64,000 bases of DNA. It comes from Macrostomum hystrix. Taxonomy: Eukaryota > Animalia > Platyhelminthes. Location: assembly GCA_950097015.1 (NCBI GenBank), contig CATNEN010000038.1, positions 12,896,001 through 12,960,000 on the forward strand, read 5' to 3'. Positions 63,622 to 64,000 of the stretch are shown here, piece by piece. The notes beneath the pieces were generated by a model that worked only from the letters and a program-made list of their open reading frames with translations, searched no databases and was not told where the DNA came from. Within the stretch, counting starts at the first letter, position 1. Each line of letters starts with the position of its first letter. A program made the translations under genes and the position numbers.

Positions 63622-64000
63622 ATGATTGAAACCAGAACCGTGAATAAAATCAGCAGAATTATCGACTCTAAGAAGCCAGGAGTTGTATCAATTAAAGGTG
63701 TCAAAGTCAAAGTAGATCCAATCCAGCATCTGATCCATTGTAACAATCAAACGCACAATATCACTGATGAGAAGACAGGTGGGATTCTTCCTTTGCTAAC
63801 TCTTATCCCCATCATCGCAGGTGCTCTTGGTGCTGCAGGAGGTGTAGCCGGCGGAGTTGCATCAGCTGTGAAGGCTGGCAATGACAGAGCACATCAACAA
63901 GAGATGGAGAAAATCGCTAGAGAAAAAGGAGTCAGAATCGGGGGTAGTTGTGAATCTGATGAATCAGCTGATGAATCAGTCAGCAAATCAGAAATCGTTA
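63622..64000 (+). CDS. Adenovirus pX-like core/membrane-active protein (partial, runs off the window)
   Basis: Manual translation MIETRTVNKISRIIDSKKPGVVSIKG...EKTGGILPLLTLIPIIAGALGAAGGVAGGVASAVKAG...; the hydrophobic segment resembles the adenovirus pX motif GGILPLLIPLIAAAIGA. Confidence 0.72.
   Translation, partial: MIETRTVNKISRIIDSKKPGVVSIKGVKVKVDPIQHLIHCNNQTHNITDEKTGGILPLLTLIPIIAGALGAAGGVAGGVASAVKAGNDRAHQQEMEKIAREKGVRIGGSCESDESADESVSKSEIV

Larger units (their letters stand above)
60007..64000. mobile_element. Polinton/Maverick (adintovirus-like) element, left arm, truncated by the window end
   Basis: Begins AGTAGT (typical Polinton terminus), has subterminal repeats ggacaaaaa(a/t)(a/t)atcgcagcc near 60031, 60196 and 60296, then compact intronless ORFs: integrase, PLA2 and a pX-like protein. 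Confidence 0.82.

Overview
Eukaryotic (metazoan) genomic DNA with GC-rich spliced exons, AT-rich introns and many intronic minisatellites; the style suggests a free-living flatworm such as Macrostomum (inference only). Host genes, nearly all on the minus strand: mitochondrial EF-G2 (GFM2), a class A peptide-type GPCR, a 3-exon globin missed by the ORF track, a disrupted gene with three tandem caspase-like domains, an SLC13/INDY transporter, mitochondrial Era GTPase (ERAL1), MRPS2 and Axin. On the plus strand are the first exon of a bestrophin and a non-coding multi-exon host gene whose introns carry five copies of a box C/D snoRNA of the U49/SNORD49 type. Mobile DNA includes a degenerate Tc1/IS630 element, an internally deleted Helitron, two hAT-type MITEs, LINE and SINE remnants, and the left arm of an apparently intact Polinton/Maverick (adintovirus-like) element. 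That element lies after the bestrophin exon, presumably in its intron, and encodes a retroviral-type integrase, a parvovirus-type PLA2, an adenovirus pX-like protein and two orphan ORFs. All coordinates were read by eye; several 5' gene ends are unresolved.
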